A stretch of DNA of 64,000 nt from a bacterium (GCA_021777565.1 JAJYDJ010000003.1:1001-65000), one strand, 5' to 3'. Shown: positions 21,344-31,536, counted from the stretch's first letter. Numbers and translations: made by a program. The notes: generated by a model from the letters alone, not told the origin.

Positions 21344-23064
21344 ATTATTAATGTGATTAGACTCACCATATCTGCAACCAGTCGAGGCGATGTTTCACGA
21401 AATACGGCCACGATACTATGCTCTCCAGTAGGTACCGAGACAGTAAGCAGATGGAGAGGATTATTTGTATCGGGAGTTACCTGTCTTCCGTCAACAAACA
21501 CCATCCACCCAGGATATGCGAATGTATTTATTCGTATAGTTGCCTGTGAGGTGGCGTGAATGAGAAACGATTTATCTGCTGCTGTGTTTTTTTGTGTGAG
21601 AATCGTCGCTTTGCCAGAGAGAATGATCGCTGGTGAGGAAGCAATAGTATCAGGAGTAATAGCCACCAGTGTCGTGTTTATGTCTGATTTCACTGTTCTC
21701 ACTTCTTTTGGAACATATTCATAGGATGAACGCGAGATGCGCCAGGCAATATCCTGATATGACGTGTAGTCTTTATCGGATTTTGACAGATAATTTTCCG
21801 GATGCATATTCCCTGCCATCAGCCCTATTGAGATACATCCAATGAGGATTGCAGCCACCCATGCGCCCTTTTGAGAGAAACGTCCTATCTGCCATACTAC
21901 TACACCGGTAAGACTTGACGAGAACAACGCACTAAACAATAAGAAACGCCATGGGAATTGTATATAGGCAAATGGCTTTATCATGTTCCAGAGGAACAAT
22001 GACTTTGAGGTTGTAAGCCATGTCGCAACAAAAAGATTTAGGAATAGGAAAAGAATAAATCCTGTTTTCTCTTTCTTCCCTTTAAGCCATGCAACAAGAA
22101 GTAACAGCAGTGCGACACCACTTGCAATAAGATGCATCTTCCCTATTTCAAAGGATAATTGGTCAGAGCACTCTGGTATGGATGCCCCATACCCCCATGG
22201 ACCAGTCCAAAGCTGCTTGAGACAAACAAAATGGAGTTGGTAACTGGCAAGATCTTTGGTCAGAATTGCATCAACCAGTGTGTATTGTTTATCAACAAGA
22301 GACGGTAGCCAGAAATAGGCAGTGAGTCCAAGGGCGATACCACCGGCAACAATATACCAAAGGATGACTTTTTTCCACTCAGTACGCTTCTCAAAAAGGG
22401 TCCAGCACATATATCCGGCAATAAACACACTTGCTTGCATGGCAATAAGATCATGAGTGAGAAGTACAAAACTCAGAAGTATACCGGTGATAAGTGTCCA
22501 CTTCCACGTCTTTTTTTCGCTCAGCATATCAAATGACCAAAAGACTGCCGGTATCCATACAAACGAGAAGAATTCTGCAAATGCGCCACGGACATATAAA
22601 TCAACGGCATGATACGGTGCATACGTGTACAGTGTCGCCGCAACAAGTCCAGGGACAGTGCCAAAACGTTTCCTGATCCAAAGGAACATAAAGAGTGCAG
22701 ATAAAACAAACCCCAACCCCATGACAATTTTCGTACTATCTATATAACCAAATCCCAGACTGTGCACGAGAAATCCAAGGTAATATACCAATGGAGGATA
22801 AAAATCAAAGAGTGCATATCCATAGCCAAACCCTAAGTCTGGAACCCAACGAGGGGGGAGTTGTCCTTGATGCAGAATCTGCGTCAGTTCATACAGTCGC
22901 GCAATCTGCTGATCATCATGCATGGTAAAAAATCCACTGTGGAAAAGTGGTAGCAGTGCTACCGCACTCATGACAGCAAAGAAAATAATATACAGAACAA
23001 GTTTTTTCATACATTTTTTCTCCTTACCATAGTATACACACACAAAGCGACAAAACTCAGACAC
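21298..23064 (-). CDS. GT-C-like polytopic membrane protein (HD..R..PRW family)
   Basis: 588 aa with MHDDQQIARLYELTQILHQGQLPPRW...GFGYGYALFDFYPPLVYYLGF. Homologous to the partial gene at 1..1094 and to 23007..24542. Confidence 0.5.
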   Translation of the reverse strand: MSEFCRFVCVYYGKEKKCMKKLVLYIIFFAVMSAVALLPLFHSGFFTMHDDQQIARLYELTQILHQGQLPPRWVPDLGFGYGYALFDFYPPLVYYLGFLVHSLGFGYIDSTKIVMGLGFVLSALFMFLWIRKRFGTVPGLVAATLYTYAPYHAVDLYVRGAFAEFFSFVWIPAVFWSFDMLSEKKTWKWTLITGILLSFVLLTHDLIAMQASVFIAGYMCWTLFEKRTEWKKVILWYIVAGGIALGLTAYFWLPSLVDKQYTLVDAILTKDLASYQLHFVCLKQLWTGPWGYGASIPECSDQLSFEIGKMHLIASGVALLLLLVAWLKGKKEKTGFILFLFLNLFVATWLTTSKSLFLWNMIKPFAYIQFPWRFLLFSALFSSSLTGVVVWQIGRFSQKGAWVAAILIGCISIGLMAGNMHPENYLSKSDKDYTSYQDIAWRISRSSYEYVPKEVRTVKSDINTTLVAITPDTIASSPAIILSGKATILTQKNTAADKSFLIHATSQATIRINTFAYPGWMVFVDGRQVTPDTNNPLHLLTVSVPTGEHSIVAVFRETSPRLVADMVSLITLIICILISGIFAKRHVQ

Positions 23065-24542
23065 GTGATACCATCAGAAAGAAGCTGTATGGCAGTTTCT
23101 TTCATCTTCAAGATAACCATATGATCTCCTTGAGGGAGAGTAAACGACACAAGACCCGTAGAAGTATCACGAACTACTAACGCATTTCCATCACTGTGAA
23201 CTTGCCACCCAGGGTAATTATATTTGTGAAGAACTACGACACTTTCCTGTCTCGCGTGAACTTGAAAGCTCTCGCTGTTGCCACGAGAGACAAAATTATC
23301 GATTGTTGCTGCACCAGTCGCAATACTCACATCAGGCATCGCGTCATGGGAAAGTATATGTGCACCTTTTGGCAGATATTCATTTCTGGTAGTGGTAGAA
23401 CTTTCATTTGTGGTATAGAACCCATCAGGAAGATTTCGTATCGCTTGAGGCTTATAGAACCAAACAACAAGAATACTCGCACCGACTGCGAGAATCAGTA
23501 CACTGATATGCAATTTTTTGGGTAGCCAGTGTAATACATATGCACTCACAAACGTTACACTCATAATGAGAATCGAGAGGAATCGCATTGGGAATTGAAC
23601 GTATTTCAGAAGAAGATGCTGCGTCCACAGAGAAGATGACCCTGACCACATGAGTACACAGATAAGTACTGATATACCTATCCAGACCAGTGGGATATAT
23701 GCATTCTTTTTTACACAAAGCCAATAGCCAAAGACAGCGAGAAGAAGTATCCCTATCAACTCTATGGAAGAGATCACAAATGCCGGTGCGTCAGCAACAG
23801 CGGTTGTCCCAAATTGTGTAAATTTTTGGTCAAGAAGTGCTGGCAAAATAAAAAACATCGCCATGCCAATGCCAAAAATAAAGGGAAGTATAACGGTATT
23901 CCATGTACGATACGTTAACAGACCATAAACAAACACACAGGGGAGAAAGAGAAGAGCTAACGTATTGTGCGCTAAAAGTAATAGAGCAATGCCAATAGAA
24001 ATCCACCAGATACTTTTTCTTTCGATACTCCATAAAATAAACGGAACTATTGCAAGAGAAAGCATTTCTCCAAGGCTGCCCCTTTGATTTAGATCGGTCA
24101 GATGATAAGGAAAATACAAATAGAATAACGAGCCAATCAGGGAGACGACAAAAGAGAATCGTTTCTCAAGCCAAAGGAAACAAAACAGTCCTGAAAGAAG
24201 AAAACTTGCCACGAATAACAGCTTTACGATAATTACAAATGACAATCCAAAGATATGCAAAAAAGATCCTGCATAGAGATATAATGGGTAGAGAAAATCT
24301 GCCACCGGATATCCATATCCATTCATCAACCTGGCAACAAATCGCACTGGGAGTTCTCCTCCACGAAGCGTTTCATAAAACGCAGAGAGGCGAATAATCA
24401 TCCAATCCCCATCATCGGTGACAGGGAATCCTGGCAAAAACCAGAAAAAAGTTCCCGGGACACCAAGGAGCAATGGGAGGATGATGCGACGAAATATATT
24501 CATTTTCTCCATTAATTCCCTTTCTTGTTTCTGAGCCACCAC
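23007..24542 (-). CDS. GT-C-like polytopic membrane protein (paralog of 21298..23064)
   Basis: 511 aa with DDGDWMIIRLSAFYETLRGGELPVRF...GYGYPVADFLYPLYLYAG. The true start is probably an internal Met (MEKMNIF...). Confidence 0.5.
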   Translation of the reverse strand: MVAQKQERELMEKMNIFRRIILPLLLGVPGTFFWFLPGFPVTDDGDWMIIRLSAFYETLRGGELPVRFVARLMNGYGYPVADFLYPLYLYAGSFLHIFGLSFVIIVKLLFVASFLLSGLFCFLWLEKRFSFVVSLIGSLFYLYFPYHLTDLNQRGSLGEMLSLAIVPFILWSIERKSIWWISIGIALLLLAHNTLALLFLPCVFVYGLLTYRTWNTVILPFIFGIGMAMFFILPALLDQKFTQFGTTAVADAPAFVISSIELIGILLLAVFGYWLCVKKNAYIPLVWIGISVLICVLMWSGSSSLWTQHLLLKYVQFPMRFLSILIMSVTFVSAYVLHWLPKKLHISVLILAVGASILVVWFYKPQAIRNLPDGFYTTNESSTTTRNEYLPKGAHILSHDAMPDVSIATGAATIDNFVSRGNSESFQVHARQESVVVLHKYNYPGWQVHSDGNALVVRDTSTGLVSFTLPQGDHMVILKMKETAIQLLSDGITCLSFVALCVYTMVRRKNV

Positions 24543-26842
24543 AGGTAGAACATACCAGCAAAAAAAGTGAGTGCCATGATTATGAATCCTTTCATAATAT
24601 ATGCAGATTTATATTCAAAAGTGACTGTGTGCGTGCCTGCTGGGAGTGCTATCGCCCGAAGTGCCACATCAGCCCTGATGATTTGTGCCGGCTTTCCATC
24701 AATGGACGCTACCCAATCAGGATAATATGAATCTGAGAGAAAGAGAAGCGTATTTGCACTAGTTGATGCTTGGATCGTAACCTTCTGTGGACTATATGCA
24801 ACAATTTGTGCAGTGCCTGTTGCCATTCTATCAATTGAGAGTTGTGGAGCACTTGCAAGCACAAGGTCTTTTGAATTTGTATCATGATAAAAATCATAAA
24901 TCGCCCTCGCATCGCTGGATTCCACATGATACTCAGAGGTCAAAAACACCCTTGGTAACACATCATTATTTTCATAGACCTGCCAATGCGTATTGGTATA
25001 GCTCAAATGGTATTGCGATTCTGGGAATGTCTCTGTATCTGCAGATGGATTATCAGTCCTATTGATAATATATTTCACACCTAAGATATCAAAAAGTCTT
25101 TTTCTGTATACATTCTCTTTGAGGTCTGAGGGGCCATATCCTGGAGCGATGTTTGCATCAGGGCGTGGCACTATCTCTCCTAGCATCCCCTTTTCTGAAG
25201 AAGCAAGAAGCATGCCATACCATTTGTTGTGGAGTGGATCTTCACCCTCAGGTGCATAGAGCCCTTCCATGGTCTCTATATTTGGTGTTATATACCCATC
25301 CCCATATCCCCAAAATCTATACAGTCCCTGATGTGTCTTTAGATACGAGAGAATGTCTGTAGATGGATAAAAAAACTGAGACGGGGCAAATGGAGTGATT
25401 TTCTGAAAGAAGAAAAACAGATCACCAATCAAAAGACACAGAAGCAAAACTTTACCAAATGTTTCAAATTTTTTAAGTACGAAAAGCCCACCAAGCGTCC
25501 CAAGAAGAAGCGCCGTAGGAAGAATCATACCTTTCTTGAGCACCTGCGCATGTTCCGAAAGAGAGGTATGCCCAGCGAGAAATGCTCCCCCCCATAGGAC
25601 AATCACTGCGACAATTAATACCCCTATAAAACGTTTTGGGAATTTTTTCATCTGGATAAATGAATCAACACCATATGCCCCGAGTACCGCTAAACAAAAT
25701 AAAAATACTGACAACATGCGCGTTGGGACACTGGTGGAGATCATGGGGATAGGTAATTTGTAAAAATATGCCATGCCAGGCAGTTGTAGCGTCAAAACAA
25801 GCACTATTCCAGCAAGCCACATAAACATTTTTTGAATGACATCTTTTTTAGAGAAAAAAGAATACATGCTCAATACGAGAATTACCATCCCAGGATACAT
25901 AACCCGTTCAATATAGGTAAAAGGCAAAAATGAAGTCTGCGTAGCAGGGTTCCCAAAATAATCTGGAGCAAAGATAGTTGCCAAAAGATACCACGGGTTA
26001 AGAAGAAACTCAATCTGACTTGTGGTATAGGCACCGCGTGTAGAAATAGAGAAAACACCATAGGTCAATAAGAGCTGGATAGCACCAAACCCCACTGGGA
26101 GGAGGAAAAGAGGAAGGGTTCTGTACACCTTTTTCCAACTGTCACTCACAACGATGGTGAAAAGAGCGCAGATAACCATCATATAGAAAAACCCTTGAAT
26201 GTACCCTGCTAAAAAAGCGATTGTGGCGGTAACAATAAATCCTATTGCAGAGGCAACTGATTGCGTACGGGCAAATCGATAGAGAAAAAGCAGCATGAGA
26301 GGCAACCATAAAAACGTCCCTCCAATATTGCCATATTCTATCCATACAATCATATAAGATGAGAAGGCAAACCCTACCCCACCGATGAGTGATGCCAGAT
26401 AACTTTTCTGTAATTCACGAAGAAACAAAAACATGAATATCGCCGCAAGCACTGGTTGAGAAAAGATAAAAAGATCCCACCCTTGTACAAAAGGAAAGAT
26501 AAAGAAAACAATATTAACGGGATAAAATACGGCTGACTGGAAATTCTGTAAAAGAATCCCTCCTGAAAAATTGTAAGGATTCCACAACGGGAGCCTCCCC
26601 TGCTTCATCTCTGTGATAGAAAAATGTTTCCACGGGGCTAATTCGCGTAGAACATCCCTATCTTGTCCCTTGGATGGATAGCCACCAGGAGCATATCCCA
26701 AAAATGAGTCTGCCTTATATGGATTTTCATGCATTAATAAATCACCAGGGAAAGGCATATATCCTTTCACTATCATTGGATAAAAAAACATGAGACAAAT
26801 ACCAATCAAAAGAAGAATTGAAAGTATATTTTTCTTTTCCAT
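24512..26842 (-). CDS. YfhO-family GT-C membrane glycosyltransferase (third paralog)
   Basis: 776 aa with PFPGDLLMHENPY...LPLWNPYNFSGGILLQNFQSAVFYPVNIVFFIFPF. Confidence 0.6.
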   Translation of the reverse strand: MEKKNILSILLLIGICLMFFYPMIVKGYMPFPGDLLMHENPYKADSFLGYAPGGYPSKGQDRDVLRELAPWKHFSITEMKQGRLPLWNPYNFSGGILLQNFQSAVFYPVNIVFFIFPFVQGWDLFIFSQPVLAAIFMFLFLRELQKSYLASLIGGVGFAFSSYMIVWIEYGNIGGTFLWLPLMLLFLYRFARTQSVASAIGFIVTATIAFLAGYIQGFFYMMVICALFTIVVSDSWKKVYRTLPLFLLPVGFGAIQLLLTYGVFSISTRGAYTTSQIEFLLNPWYLLATIFAPDYFGNPATQTSFLPFTYIERVMYPGMVILVLSMYSFFSKKDVIQKMFMWLAGIVLVLTLQLPGMAYFYKLPIPMISTSVPTRMLSVFLFCLAVLGAYGVDSFIQMKKFPKRFIGVLIVAVIVLWGGAFLAGHTSLSEHAQVLKKGMILPTALLLGTLGGLFVLKKFETFGKVLLLCLLIGDLFFFFQKITPFAPSQFFYPSTDILSYLKTHQGLYRFWGYGDGYITPNIETMEGLYAPEGEDPLHNKWYGMLLASSEKGMLGEIVPRPDANIAPGYGPSDLKENVYRKRLFDILGVKYIINRTDNPSADTETFPESQYHLSYTNTHWQVYENNDVLPRVFLTSEYHVESSDARAIYDFYHDTNSKDLVLASAPQLSIDRMATGTAQIVAYSPQKVTIQASTSANTLLFLSDSYYPDWVASIDGKPAQIIRADVALRAIALPAGTHTVTFEYKSAYIMKGFIIMALTFFAGMFYLWWLRNKKGN

Positions 26843-26848
26843 ATACTT

Positions 26849-28402
26849 CTAGGGAAGAACCCGATAGACATGTAAGTAATTTGTCCCGATACCTTTTTGG
26901 TATTTTGCAATCAACTGCACATGCCAAGCAGGAGGAGGTGCCTGAGTTTGGTTGAGTACATAAAATACAGGCATCACTTTTGCTTTATCCAGTAGATCTT
27001 GTGGCATTGTTGATGGAGTTGGCCAGATACCACGCTTTTCTAGATTTGGATTCCCATTCTGGTATAACTCAAGCATAATTGTTGGCACGGACCCAAAAGT
27101 TCCTTCCGTAGCTACATAAATTTTTTCGTGTTTAGATAGTTCACCGAAATAGGCATTGATTTCTCGTGCTCCACCACCGGCGGGCCAGTCATTAATATAT
27201 TGATTGAGATCAGATTCAGGGATAGGCGCATGTGCAAAGTCAGTTACTATTTTAAAGTCAGCATATCCCCACTGAGCAAACAATACGAGACAAACAAGGA
27301 CAAAAAGCCACACATTTTTTACTTTCATCCGTATCCAATCAATAGCAAGTGCCATGATTGGAAGGAGTGAGATAACCATGGCCAGTTCCCATCTGGCATA
27401 AATTGTTCTTCCAAAGAAGGATAGATATATAAATGGACTCGCGAACCAGATTACCAAGATTATTTTTTCTTTCCAGAACTGTCTCTCAACAATAAGACCA
27501 AGTGCTAATACCGCTGTCATAACGATACCTGTGTACACAAATGCCCACTCGGAAAGTCCATGAAAATTCCCAACAAAGTGTAACAATGGATGATGAATCC
27601 ACTGACCCAATGGATATACAAAAGTTTGATTCTTTAAATTAATAATGTAGAAATATTGTGAGAGACGAAGGGTGTTGTAGAAAAAAAGTGCTATAGCACT
27701 GGCAAGACCTGCAAAGCCCACCCATTTTAACAGTTGTTGTTTAACATGCTTCTGAGTGAAATCAAAAGACAGAAGTGTTACCGGAAATAATGCAAGGTTG
27801 AAAAATGCATTGGATTTATTTAGGACACCAAATCCGACAACAAATCCTATCACCCATGGCATATATGATTTGAGCCTTTTGGCAAGAAGAATTTCAAGCC
27901 AGATAGACCATGGGACAAAGGTAGCAACCAATCCATCATAAAGAGCCATACGATCCAAAACGAGTGCAAATGGATAGAGTATGTAAAGTAAACTTGCCAA
28001 AACCGCCACTGATGTTTTTTTAAATACTTCTTTGGTCAGGAAGAAAAGTCCTAAAGCAGAGAATACTCCTGCGCCTACTGAGGAGAGTCGCCCTGCAAGG
28101 ATTGGATCATGCACCACTCGCATAACAGACATAACAATCCAGACAAAGAGAGGTTGCTTACCATCAGTGAGTGAAATGTAACGCCATGAAGCATCGTTGA
28201 GTGCTATTTGACTCCACCTGATATAAATTGATTCATCGGTAAAAAGAGGCAACGTCATGATATTGGTTAACCGTAGCACGGAGTACAGAAGAGCAAAAAG
28301 AAGGATGACAGGGATATACCAAAATTTCTTAAGTGTGCTCATATCTTGAGTATAGCAATTATTTTCGTTTTTTTCTCCAGAACCATAAAATACTTTCTGC
28401 AA
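26849..28402 (-). CDS. ArnT/PMT-like GT-C glycosyltransferase
   Basis: Multi-TM protein with LPLFTDESIYIRWSQ, a DE motif in the first loop. The likely true start is MSTLKKFW near 28342. Confidence 0.5.
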   Translation of the reverse strand: MQKVFYGSGEKNENNCYTQDMSTLKKFWYIPVILLFALLYSVLRLTNIMTLPLFTDESIYIRWSQIALNDASWRYISLTDGKQPLFVWIVMSVMRVVHDPILAGRLSSVGAGVFSALGLFFLTKEVFKKTSVAVLASLLYILYPFALVLDRMALYDGLVATFVPWSIWLEILLAKRLKSYMPWVIGFVVGFGVLNKSNAFFNLALFPVTLLSFDFTQKHVKQQLLKWVGFAGLASAIALFFYNTLRLSQYFYIINLKNQTFVYPLGQWIHHPLLHFVGNFHGLSEWAFVYTGIVMTAVLALGLIVERQFWKEKIILVIWFASPFIYLSFFGRTIYARWELAMVISLLPIMALAIDWIRMKVKNVWLFVLVCLVLFAQWGYADFKIVTDFAHAPIPESDLNQYINDWPAGGGAREINAYFGELSKHEKIYVATEGTFGSVPTIMLELYQNGNPNLEKRGIWPTPSTMPQDLLDKAKVMPVFYVLNQTQAPPPAWHVQLIAKYQKGIGTNYLHVYRVLP

Positions 28403-29525
28403 GTATACCTACCCCAAGAAAGATAAGTGGTGTGTACTCAGTAGTTTGTACCCTAAGCATTGCCATTTGGTCCCAGTTCCCAAAATACAGAAATGACACA
28501 TAGCGCAGCAATAGCCCCAGAGAAACACCAATCGTTGTTATCGTAAGTAATATACTTATTGGCAAAAGTGCGATAAATGGCAACAGCCACAGGAAATACC
28601 ATGGCTGCATTTCACGCTGCTGCAAGACAAACCAGCCTCCCACCGTCTGAAGTCCTATACATAAAAGAATAAACCAATAGAAACTCACTCGTTTACGTAC
28701 TAACGGAATCAACTGAAGCAAAAATATAGGAATAAGAAAGACCGTCACCTGCTTAGTGAGAAAAGATGCACTAAGAAGCACAAGAGACCATAGCCATTTT
28801 CTTTCAAACAGTGCCCACGTGGCCAAAAGAGCGAGACACATCATCGGGATATCATTATGGGCGCTCACTAATCCCTCTATCAGAACCAAAGGATTCAGGC
28901 CAAAGAATGCGGCGCCAAAAAGTGCATGGTGAGGTTTTTCTTTTTTTAGAATCTTATAAATTGCCCAGACACACCCAAGATAGGAAAGTGCAGCAAATGC
29001 CTTAAAAAGGTAAAACGTTGGTAACAAATACCCAAAACCTAATACATATAGCGGCGCGCTAAATACCAGAGAAAGCGGCCCATACACATAGACTTTATCA
29101 ACTGAGTGCATGAATGAAAGCATTGGGTCTCCCAACATGTCCCATGGTGCGAATTGATATGGGTTTACATGATAATGAACAATTTGTTTCGCAGCAAACA
29201 TGTAGTTGAAAAAGTCGTACGAGAATGCATTATAAGAGAAAAGTAAAATAATGGCTCCGGCGAGAATTATCCAGCGCACCTCTCTCTCCTGAACTTTCTT
29301 TTTGACTATGAGAATAAGTGTGACTACATACAAAATAAATAGCAGTAATACTATCCCTAAAAATAATCCTGTTGAGAGTGGCCTATTAAAATATCCTACT
29401 ACTTGAAATGCTTTCTCGAATGCTTGAACAAATGAAGCGCGAGAGAATGTCAGTGAAAGGTCAATCTGTGTAAACGAATAGAGGAGAAGTGCTATAAAAG
29501 TAAATATCCACGCAAGCCGTAGCAT
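28359..29525 (-). CDS. Polytopic membrane protein (GT-C/DUF2029-like candidate)
   Basis: 388 aa with about 10 TM segments, in the same operon. Confidence 0.4.
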   Translation of the reverse strand: MLRLAWIFTFIALLLYSFTQIDLSLTFSRASFVQAFEKAFQVVGYFNRPLSTGLFLGIVLLLFILYVVTLILIVKKKVQEREVRWIILAGAIILLFSYNAFSYDFFNYMFAAKQIVHYHVNPYQFAPWDMLGDPMLSFMHSVDKVYVYGPLSLVFSAPLYVLGFGYLLPTFYLFKAFAALSYLGCVWAIYKILKKEKPHHALFGAAFFGLNPLVLIEGLVSAHNDIPMMCLALLATWALFERKWLWSLVLLSASFLTKQVTVFLIPIFLLQLIPLVRKRVSFYWFILLCIGLQTVGGWFVLQQREMQPWYFLWLLPFIALLPISILLTITTIGVSLGLLLRYVSFLYFGNWDQMAMLRVQTTEYTPLIFLGVGILAESILWFWRKKRK

Positions 29526-29541
29526 ATATCTTCAGTATATC

Positions 29542-30306
29542 TTATTTATAAATGCCGCGCAGCTGGTTCATGCGAATACGAATGAGATAAAGGACACTAT
29601 CAATGGCATCTTTTACAAAGTTCACTCTGTGTGTCTCAACATGGTGCCACGTAACAGGGACTTCTTTGATCTTATATCCTTTGTGTTGTGCGAGGAAAAG
29701 CAGCTCAACATCAAAACCAGCAGAGACATTGGCTCCACTTACTGGACTATAGCCATCATGGAGTTCTGACATTTTTGGAAAAAGAACATGCGTTGCCTCA
29801 TTGGAGAACATTTTAAATCCACATTGCGTATCAGAGACACCTTTAAATCCTGCGATCAACGTACGTAGGATTATCATGCCTTTGGCAAGGATTTGACGAG
29901 TCAGTGGCGCACCTTTTCTCTCTCCACTTCGTGAGCCGATCACGACATCATATCCTTTTGACAGAAACGTAATGAGCTTATCAAACTCTTCGATAGGAGT
30001 CGCTTGATCCATGTCAGTAAACATTGCGACTTCACCTTTTGATTCAATCATCCCCATTGTCACTCCTCCCGCTTTTCCAATGTGTTTATTGTGCAAGATA
30101 CGCACTTGAGGATGTTTTTTACTAAATGCGTCAACAAACGTGCGACTCTCATCAGTAGAACCATCTTCTGCAATGATAATTTCATAGGGGAATTTTTTCC
30201 TATCGAAGAATTCTACTACGTGGTCCAGAACTCCACGTTCGAGGTTAGCCATCTCGTTGTAACAAGGGATAATTACCGACAGATAAGGGGACTTGGTCTT
30301 TGCCAT
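29542..30306 (-). CDS. GT2 polyprenyl-phosphate glycosyltransferase (DPM1-like)
   Basis: The ATG at 30306 (MAKTKSPYLSVIIPCYNEMANLERGV...IIAEDGSTDES...FTDMDQAT) is preferred. The track's TTG start at 30324 is the alternative. Confidence 0.7.
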   Translation of the reverse strand: MAKTKSPYLSVIIPCYNEMANLERGVLDHVVEFFDRKKFPYEIIIAEDGSTDESRTFVDAFSKKHPQVRILHNKHIGKAGGVTMGMIESKGEVAMFTDMDQATPIEEFDKLITFLSKGYDVVIGSRSGERKGAPLTRQILAKGMIILRTLIAGFKGVSDTQCGFKMFSNEATHVLFPKMSELHDGYSPVSGANVSAGFDVELLFLAQHKGYKIKEVPVTWHHVETHRVNFVKDAIDSVLYLIRIRMNQLRGIYK

Positions 30307-30546
30307 GTGAGATAAGTATATCAAAGTACGCTCTTAACTGTAAACAAGATCTCAAACAGAGGCTAGCTGAACTTGTGTCCTCACCTCAAATACGGTAAAA
30401 TATAGGTATTCGGCCCGTTCGTCTAGGAGATTAAGGAATTAAAGAAGATCTAATCGCATTAAAACACATATCTTCCCGTTTGTCAAGTACCTATTTTCGT
30501 TTTATGACCTAGGTATCATTTGACCTACTGTGTGTTCTTGTAAAAT

Positions 30547-31536
30547 ATGCGAAATAGCGTTACATTGCACATAGATATGTGGGATAAATTCTCAACATAC
30601 CTATTCATAGACCAAAAATTAGATGACGGCAAACATAATATAGAAGTTTACCACTCACGTTTTTCTGTCATTGAAAGATGGTTTAGGGGTAAGGTATTCA
30701 ATAGAGATAACTTCAACGCATTCATTAAGGAACGCAAGGAGGCTGGAGCAGCTCCTTCTACACTCAACAACTATATTAAAGTAGCTAAGCATATTGATAG
30801 GTTTTTAGGCATAGAAGAACTCAAGGATTATTCATTCTTTTCAGAACAAAAAGGAGATAAGATACCCCTTACGCCTCAGGAGATACAATCTATAATTGAT
30901 ACTCCCTACCCTTATGAGCGACAGGTAGCTATTAAGCGTCGCAGGAACAGGGTCGCTATAGAGTTCCTTTTTGCCACAGGATGCCGTATTAGCGAGCTTC
31001 AAGAGCTCCTTTGGCATGATGTACGCAATTCCCCTATCCCCTACGTTATATTTAGAGATACCAAAAACGGGAAAGACCATGAGTTAGCTATCACACAACG
31101 CATGTACGATCTCCTCCTTACTATGCCTCGTAACGGAGACCGCGTATTTGAGAACGAACACCATAAGATACTAGATAGGAAGACATTTACCGAGGTTCTC
31201 CAATGGAAGGCAAAGAAAGCAGGAATAGACAAACCAGTATATCCTCATATATTTAGGCACTCCCGTGGCACATATTTGTGGCAACTAGGGTATTCAGATG
31301 GTCAAATTGCTAAATTTCTTAATCATAGTAGTATAGAGAGCACAAAAATATATACTCACCCTACCCTCGAAGATACTGCACCTATGGCCTACGCAAGCCC
31401 CTTGGAGGACAAGAAGTCAAGCGTCCCGGTTTTTGTGCAGCTTATACTTGACTTTGGGTATAGACTTCTTTCAAAAAGGGAATGGGAGATAACCGTGACA
31501 GTACAACCTAAACTTGATATTTTACACGACTTGTGA
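30547..31536 (+). CDS. int: Phage tyrosine recombinase/integrase
   Basis: N-terminal SAM-like core-binding domain. Catalytic signatures ATGCRISEL, HIFRHSRGTYL and KIYTHP correspond to the R...HxxR...Y motifs of tyrosine recombinases. Confidence 0.85.
   Translation: MRNSVTLHIDMWDKFSTYLFIDQKLDDGKHNIEVYHSRFSVIERWFRGKVFNRDNFNAFIKERKEAGAAPSTLNNYIKVAKHIDRFLGIEELKDYSFFSEQKGDKIPLTPQEIQSIIDTPYPYERQVAIKRRRNRVAIEFLFATGCRISELQELLWHDVRNSPIPYVIFRDTKNGKDHELAITQRMYDLLLTMPRNGDRVFENEHHKILDRKTFTEVLQWKAKKAGIDKPVYPHIFRHSRGTYLWQLGYSDGQIAKFLNHSSIESTKIYTHPTLEDTAPMAYASPLEDKKSSVPVFVQLILDFGYRLLSKREWEITVTVQPKLDILHDL

Noticed and set aside
30325-30546. Possible tRNA at the integrase-proximal spacer
   Set aside because: No cloverleaf-compatible acceptor stem/T-arm (GTTCRANYC) pattern could be found by eye. 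It is kept only as an att-site candidate region.
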